Assembly: GCA_036402315.1 (NCBI GenBank)
Contig: DASWTB010000230.1
Span: 6,336-70,335 of the forward strand
Direction: 5' to 3'
From: Pseudoduganella sp.
Lineage (GTDB): Bacteria > Pseudomonadota > Gammaproteobacteria > Burkholderiales > Burkholderiaceae_D
DNA length: 64,000 nt
In this document: positions 58,555 through 64,000 of the stretch, piece by piece
Layout: every line of letters starts with the position of its first letter
How positions within the stretch are numbered: position 1 is the first letter of the stretch
Translations under genes and position numbers: made by a program
Notes under the pieces: model-generated
What the model saw: only the letters and a program-made list of their open reading frames with translations
Told to the model about the DNA's origin: nothing
Database searches by the model: none

Positions 58555-60151
58555 CGCAGCCCTCCTCCACCACTTGCAGGCGGCGCCGCGCCAGGGCGGC
58601 GCCGGCGTTCAGGTGGCCCAGCACCTGTTCGGCCATGCGCGGGTCGACCAGGCCGGCGGCGACCTTTTCCACCGCGTGTTCGACCATGGTGCGCCCGCCC
58701 GAGCGCAGCCAGTAGCTGAGCGCCGCTGCCTTGTCGCCGCGCCGCACGTGGCCGAAGAATTCGTCGTCCGGCAGGATGATTTCCGCCACCACGGTGCGGC
58801 CGATGCTGCCGTGTCCCGCGCAATGCTCGCAGCCAGGGCCGGTCACGTGCACCCGCCGCAGGTCGGCCACCACTTCGCGCAACCTGCCCATGACCGCCGG
58901 CGGCAGCGGCGCCGGGGCGGCGTGCAGCGGCAGCTTGCAGTGCGGGCACAGGGCCTTGACCAGGCGCTGGCTGATCAGGCCCGTGACCACCGTGTGGTCG
59001 GCCACCTGGCTGGCCGCCAGGCCCAGGTCCAGCAGGCGGTCGGCGATCGCCAGCGCGCTGTTGGCGTGGATGGTGGTCCAGACCTGGTGCCCGGTCATGG
59101 CGGCGCGCACCGCGTTCTGGGCCGAGGCGCGGTCGCGCACCTCGCCCACCATGATGGTGTCGGGGTCGAGCCGCATGGCGTTGGAAATGGCGGCGGCGAA
59201 CAGGCGCGACCTTTCCTCTTCCGAACCGGCATTGGTGACCGAGGTCTGCACCGCGCCGTCGATCGGGTATTCGACCGGGTCTTCGATGGTCAGCACGTGG
59301 CGCCGCCCTTCGGCTTCGGCGATCTGGCCCGACAGGATGCGCTGCAGGGTGGTCGACTTGCCGGAACCGGTCGGCCCGCCGATGATGTTCATGCCGATCG
59401 GCTGCTCTTTCAGCTGCTGCAGCAGGGACGCCTGCTGCTCGCTGAAGCCGAGCGGGCACAGTTCGCCGTCGCCGGCGTCCAGGTACAGCAGGCGCAGCAC
59501 CATCAGCGTCCCTTCGTTGGTCGGCACGGTGGCGATGCGCACGCCGTGCAGCTCGGGCGGCAGCTTGTCGCGGTCGGCAATGCTGGCGTCCTGCCGTTCG
59601 GTCGGCTTGTAAGAGCTGTCGGAGACCGAGGCCATGGCGCCGTACAGGGTGGCCAGCAGGCGCTCGCCGTATTCGCGCGTCTGCACGCCGACCGGCGTCA
59701 GGTCGCCGCGTACGCGGAACAGGATCTCGGTGGCGCGCTGGCGCACCCGGATGTGGATGTCGGAGGCGCGCGCGGCGCAGGCCCGGCTCAGCAGGTCCTT
59801 GGCCGTCACCTGCATCATCGAATGTTCCTGGCGCCGCTCCACCAGCGAGCCATTGCCGCTGGCATACAGGTGGCGCAGTTCATCAATCTTCGCGTGCTCG
59901 ACGCGGAACGGCTTCTGCATGCGCTGCAGGCGCGCCTGATAGGACAGCACATGCGCATTCATGTCCTGCCCGACGGCCACCAGCAGGCGGCCATCGGCCA
60001 GCAGGCACACCAGCTTGCGCTCTTCGGCGCTGGCCTCGTACTGGCCGGCGTGGCTCAGCACCGCCGTGCCTTGCAGCGGCGCCTCCGCCTGCGCACTGCC
60101 GGCCGGCGGCAGCGCCGCCTGGGCGCCCGGCAATGCGATGCGCAGTTTCAT
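58544..60151 (-). CDS. pilQ: Type IVb pilus assembly ATPase (PilQ/GspE family)
   Basis: ASDIHI, GPTGSGKSTT, TIEDPVEY, MRLDPD, TGHQVWTTIH, CPHC...CEHC. Confidence 0.92.
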   Translation of the reverse strand: MKLRIALPGAQAALPPAGSAQAEAPLQGTAVLSHAGQYEASAEERKLVCLLADGRLLVAVGQDMNAHVLSYQARLQRMQKPFRVEHAKIDELRHLYASGNGSLVERRQEHSMMQVTAKDLLSRACAARASDIHIRVRQRATEILFRVRGDLTPVGVQTREYGERLLATLYGAMASVSDSSYKPTERQDASIADRDKLPPELHGVRIATVPTNEGTLMVLRLLYLDAGDGELCPLGFSEQQASLLQQLKEQPIGMNIIGGPTGSGKSTTLQRILSGQIAEAEGRRHVLTIEDPVEYPIDGAVQTSVTNAGSEEERSRLFAAAISNAMRLDPDTIMVGEVRDRASAQNAVRAAMTGHQVWTTIHANSALAIADRLLDLGLAASQVADHTVVTGLISQRLVKALCPHCKLPLHAAPAPLPPAVMGRLREVVADLRRVHVTGPGCEHCAGHGSIGRTVVAEIILPDDEFFGHVRRGDKAAALSYWLRSGGRTMVEHAVEKVAAGLVDPRMAEQVLGHLNAGAALARRRLQVVEEGCDAR

Positions 60152-60654
60152 CGCGCGCCCCTTGGCGCGGCCGCCACCGGCATCGGCGCCGGCGTGGACG
60201 GGTTGAAGGCGTTGACCTGCTGGGTATAGCCGGACAGGCGGATGCGCTTGCGCCCAGGTGCGCTTGCCATCACTTCATTGTTCTGGATCGAGACGATGCG
60301 CATGCCGCCCGGCAGCGTGCTGCCGGCCTGCACTTCGACGATACTGCCGTTCGACATTTCCAGGGTCGCGAACATGGTGTCGCCCAACCCTTCGACTGCG
60401 CGCACCACCGGATCGCCGACCACCACGGGCTGGTTCAGCATCGCCCCCATGGTCTGCTTGGCGGCGATCTCGTTCTGCTTGGTGATGATGGAGGACTGCA
60501 CCTCGAGCTGTTTTTCGCGGGCCCGCAGCAGCATGGTTTCCGCCTCGATGCGGGTCAGGCTGGCGGCCGTGCTTTCCGCGCGCACTGCGGCCGGCGGCAG
60601 CATGCAGAGTGCCAGCGTCAGCGCAGCGACGCCCCTGATCTGTTTATTTTGCAT
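60148..60654 (-). CDS. pilP: Type IVb pilus protein PilP
   Basis: ATG 60654 after AAGGAG; LTRIEAETMLLRA, PVVRAVEG, GSTLPGG. Confidence 0.82.
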   Translation of the reverse strand: MQNKQIRGVAALTLALCMLPPAAVRAESTAASLTRIEAETMLLRAREKQLEVQSSIITKQNEIAAKQTMGAMLNQPVVVGDPVVRAVEGLGDTMFATLEMSNGSIVEVQAGSTLPGGMRIVSIQNNEVMASAPGRKRIRLSGYTQQVNAFNPSTPAPMPVAAAPRGAR

Positions 60655-61912
60655 AGATGACTCCTTCAAGTAACCACGCCATACCGCGATAGCTGATCTT
60701 TTCAATGCGCACGCCGGGACGTTCCAGCATGGCGGCCAGCTGCTGCGGGGCGACGCCCTGCGCATCGAGCTGGAAGCCGAAGGCTTGCCACTGGGGCGCT
60801 GCCTGGCCCGCGGGGGCCGCCGGTCCCAGCGACGCGGCAACGGGCGCCGCCGCCCGCTTGTTGAGCCGCAGGGACAGGCCCAGGCTCTGCATCTGCGCCA
60901 TCAGGGGCTCCACCGCCTGCGGCGCGGCCAGCAGTTCCTCGCCGCGCGGCGCCGGCAACGCGGCCAATGCCCCGTGCAGCGTCGCCTTGTCGCCGGTCGG
61001 ATCGATCACCGCCTGCGGCACGGCGTCGCGCAGGGTGGCCACCGTGGCGGCGTTGCGCGACCATGCGTAGCTGAACTGGCCGCCGGTGCAGCTATATTCG
61101 TCGAGCCGCCAGCCGCCCGGCGTCATATGGTCCAGGCGTTCGAAGCAGGCATGCATGGCCGCCGTGGGCAGCGGCTGGCCAAGCCACGGCCGCTGCACGG
61201 CAGGCGGCACGGCCTCGCGCTGCGCCAGCATCTCCTGTTCGGCCAGGCGCCTGGCTTTCCAGTGCTGCCAGCCAAAGAACAGCCCCGCGCCCACCACGGC
61301 CGCCGCCACGCCGGCCGCCAGGCGCCACTCCGGTGCGCGCTGGGCCGCGATCGGGCGCAGCCGCCACCAGCGGAAGACGCGCAGGCTGCCGTCCTTGCGG
61401 TGCGGCAGCAGGCTTTCGATGCGGCGCGCATTGAAGTTGTGGAAGCCCTGCCCGGCCAGGCTTTCGTCGCCGATCACCACATTCCAGCCGCCCAGGGCGT
61501 AGTCGCCGTACAGGCGTTCCAGCACTTCTTCCCTAGTGCCGGCGAAGTCGCCATTGGGCAGGAAATTGGCGTCGCGCACGGCAAAGTAGGCCCACTTCCC
61601 GTCCGGCAGCTGCAGGGCCGCCAGCCAGTTGTGCACCGGCTGCAGCAGGCCGTCGTAGTAGGCGCCTTCCATCGCCACCGTCTTGGACACGGCCGCGCCC
61701 AGCGAATACAGGGTGCGCGCCGCGCCATCGCTGCTTTGCGCATAGCCCGCCTGCGCGGTCGACTGGTCGCGCCGCACCACCATCAGGTCGGAGCCGATCT
61801 TGCGCCCCAGCTCCACCGCCTCGCGCTGCAGCTCGCGCGGCCGCGACAGCGATTGCCAGAACAGGCCGCAGACGAAGCGCGCCTTGTCGATCTGGATGAT
61901 ATGGATGCCCAT
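60644..61912 (-). CDS. pilO: Type IVb pilus protein PilO2
   Basis: FVCGLFWQSL, central TM, PW...P...C and GGWRLDEYSC. Confidence 0.82.
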   Translation of the reverse strand: MGIHIIQIDKARFVCGLFWQSLSRPRELQREAVELGRKIGSDLMVVRRDQSTAQAGYAQSSDGAARTLYSLGAAVSKTVAMEGAYYDGLLQPVHNWLAALQLPDGKWAYFAVRDANFLPNGDFAGTREEVLERLYGDYALGGWNVVIGDESLAGQGFHNFNARRIESLLPHRKDGSLRVFRWWRLRPIAAQRAPEWRLAAGVAAAVVGAGLFFGWQHWKARRLAEQEMLAQREAVPPAVQRPWLGQPLPTAAMHACFERLDHMTPGGWRLDEYSCTGGQFSYAWSRNAATVATLRDAVPQAVIDPTGDKATLHGALAALPAPRGEELLAAPQAVEPLMAQMQSLGLSLRLNKRAAAPVAASLGPAAPAGQAAPQWQAFGFQLDAQGVAPQQLAAMLERPGVRIEKISYRGMAWLLEGVIYAK

Positions 61913-61921
61913 GCGCCCTCC

Positions 61922-63661
61922 TCAGGTGCCGGCCATGGCCATCGGCGTGATCAGCACCACGATCACTTCCTTGTTGCTCTTGGCCTTGACGCCGCCGCCC
62001 AGCAGGTAATTGCTTGGCTTGCCCACGCCCTGGCGGTCGACGTTTTCGTCGGTCTGCTCGAAGCCGCCGATGACCAGGGTTTCGCCCGATTTCATCGACA
62101 CGCGCTGCAGGAAGTTGCGGGTGTCCATCTCCGGCGATTCGATCCGGCTGTTGTTGCTCTCGATGACGCGGATGCCGCGCAGGGTCGAAATGTCGATGGA
62201 GAACTGCAGCATGACCGCGCCGTTATTGAGGACATGCGGCAGGATGCTCATATTGAAGCCCGCGGTCACCACGCCGGGCACCAGCGTGGTCGTGGTGCCG
62301 ACCTGCGCCACGATCGAGGTCTGCGAGCTTTGCAGGTAGGTGGTCTGGCGCGCCACCTGCACCGGCACCGGCTGGTTGTTCAGCGTGACCACGGAAGCCG
62401 TGGTCTGGCGCCGCACCTTGCCCTGCTCCGCCAGCGCCTTGGCAATCACGGTACTGCCGCTGAAGCGCGAGTTGCCGACGATCCCGGCCGACAGCGCCGG
62501 TGCACCCGGGGTGGAGGTAAAGGTGTTCTGCAGGCCGTACTTGTTTTTCAGGCTGCTGTACACCAGGTTCCAGTTGATGCCGTACTCGTCCCCCTGCTCC
62601 AGGCTGACCGACAGCACAGTCACGTTCATCACGATCTGGCGCGACAGGGCCTGGTTGGCGTTCTCGATGTAGGCGCCGATGCGGTCCAGGGTGTCGGGCG
62701 TGTCGACTACCGTGATGGTGCCGGTAGCCGGCGCCGCCAGCACCTTGCCGTGCGGCGAGAGCATGACCTTGACCGCATTCTCGATGCCGTTGTAGACCGA
62801 CAGCTTGGACACCACGCCCGTGTTCTGGCTGTTGTTGGCCGACACCGAGCTGCCGCTGTTGCCGCCATGGCCGCCCGCGCCGCCGCCCGAACCGCCGCCA
62901 CTGCCGCCGGCCGCGGAGGCCGCGCCGCTGGTGACCGATGCGGCAAAGGAAGCATCGCCCGGCACGGCGCTGATCTGGAAGGTGCGCGCATCGGTATGGT
63001 AGAACTGGATCACGCCGTCGGCGTACTTCCATGAGACGCCGAAGCGCGCCGCCACGGTGTCGAGCAAGCCCTTGAAGGAACCGTTGGCATAGCTGACGCG
63101 GATGCCCCCCTGCAGGTCGGGCTGGAAGCTGACGCTGGCGTCGGCGGCGCCGCTGCGCAGCGGCGCATCGCCCGCCACCGGCTGCTCGCCCGGCACGCCC
63201 TGCGGCAGCGGCAAGGCAGGCACGCCTGATGGCTGCCGCATGGCCGGTGGCGACGGCAGGCGGCCGCCGCGCTTGAAGGCACTGGCGGCGACATTGGCCG
63301 CATCGGCGTTGACACGGCTCGGGATGCCCGAACGCAGCGTCAGGCGTTCCGCCAGTTCGGACAGGGAGTAGATGCTGCGGTCGAAGGTGGCAGGCTGGTA
63401 GAACACGGCCGGCAGCGGCGGCTGCCCCAGCTTGACCACGTTCTTGCCCAGCCAGATGCCCGGTTCGTGCACCACGCGCGCCGATGCCGGCACCACGGCG
63501 CCACGCGCATTGCGACCCACTTCCTTGACCAGGCTGGAGGTCGCGCCGTCGGCGGCGTCGGCGTTGGAAGAAACGCGGTCGGCCAGGTCGGAACAGCCGC
63601 CCAGGGACAGCATCGCGCAGGCCAGCGCCGGCAGGCATTTCGTGATCGGGCGGCGCATCAT
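61922..63661 (-). CDS. pilN: Type IVb pilus secretin PilN (lipoprotein)
   Basis: LGGC lipobox, Gly/Ser linker, VVTLNNQPVPVQV, SGETLVIGGFEQ, VVLITP. Confidence 0.93.
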   Translation of the reverse strand: MMRRPITKCLPALACAMLSLGGCSDLADRVSSNADAADGATSSLVKEVGRNARGAVVPASARVVHEPGIWLGKNVVKLGQPPLPAVFYQPATFDRSIYSLSELAERLTLRSGIPSRVNADAANVAASAFKRGGRLPSPPAMRQPSGVPALPLPQGVPGEQPVAGDAPLRSGAADASVSFQPDLQGGIRVSYANGSFKGLLDTVAARFGVSWKYADGVIQFYHTDARTFQISAVPGDASFAASVTSGAASAAGGSGGGSGGGAGGHGGNSGSSVSANNSQNTGVVSKLSVYNGIENAVKVMLSPHGKVLAAPATGTITVVDTPDTLDRIGAYIENANQALSRQIVMNVTVLSVSLEQGDEYGINWNLVYSSLKNKYGLQNTFTSTPGAPALSAGIVGNSRFSGSTVIAKALAEQGKVRRQTTASVVTLNNQPVPVQVARQTTYLQSSQTSIVAQVGTTTTLVPGVVTAGFNMSILPHVLNNGAVMLQFSIDISTLRGIRVIESNNSRIESPEMDTRNFLQRVSMKSGETLVIGGFEQTDENVDRQGVGKPSNYLLGGGVKAKSNKEVIVVLITPMAMAGT

Positions 63662-64000
63662 TGCACACCCCGGCCGATGATGCGCAACACCTTGTTGCCC
63701 TTATAGAAGACGGCCTTGATCGGCATCTCCGCGCTGTCCATACTGCCGACTACCGTGGCAATAGCTTCCTCGAAGGTACCAGGCACGGTGGTGCGCACCT
63801 GCACCGCGTAATCGACCGGCAGCTCCCACAGCAGCTGCCAGCCTGCCGCGCCGGCCCAGCGGGCCAGTGCCGCATTCAGGGTTTTATCGGCCGGGACGAT
63901 GTCCCAGGCATCGGGCGCGGCACGCACAGCCGGCTCGCTCGCAGGCACCGCAAGCGCGGTGGCGCGGCCCTTGCCCGCTGCGGATCGCACGGCAGGCTTG
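63658..64000 (-). CDS. PilL/TcpQ-domain protein, 3' part (starts beyond the window)
   Basis: Frame open to the edge; TLNAALARWA...GWQLLWE...FYKGNKVLRI; upstream of pilN. Confidence 0.75.
   Translation of the reverse strand, partial: KPAVRSAAGKGRATALAVPASEPAVRAAPDAWDIVPADKTLNAALARWAGAAGWQLLWELPVDYAVQVRTTVPGTFEEAIATVVGSMDSAEMPIKAVFYKGNKVLRIIGRGVQ

Overview
GC-rich betaproteobacterial chromosomal segment. Gene content suggests Oxalobacteraceae (Massilia/Duganella/Pseudoduganella-like); this is inference. Left to right: the 5' part of a giant two-partner-secretion filamentous haemagglutinin/CdiA-like gene (missing from the ORF track because it runs off the window) with its tpsB; a czcI-CBA metal efflux operon; a USP; hppD with an Lrp regulator; a copper cluster (leader-cusC-cusB-cusA-cusF-leader-PepSY-PepSY/ferredoxin/reductase fusion); a GH20 hexosaminidase and a KaiC-like ATPase/hybrid kinase pair bracketed by two copies of a ~101-bp DnaA-box-containing repeat; DoxX/LysR; a low-oxygen-type cluster (USPs, FNT channel, Pat acetyltransferase, ABC exporter, hemerythrin) marked by FNR-like boxes; MFS and LLM genes; pqiABC; then a type III secretion-associated block (two back-to-back hrp boxes driving an unknown protein and a chaperone-effector pair, PilT, HrpG-like regulator) and a type IVb pilus operon running off the right edge. 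Most notable: (1) three metal-operon leader ORFs, each with a signal-like N-terminus, Cys cluster and Pro-rich tail, whose stop-codon regions can pair with the downstream Shine-Dalgarno (candidate metal-sensing arrest peptides); (2) a split PepSY pair with an NqrF-like reductase fusion (candidate transmembrane metal reductase); (3) divergent HrpL promoters marking a probable new T3SS substrate. No rRNA, tRNA, CRISPR, IS or integrase was recognised. All calls are by eye; no searches were run.
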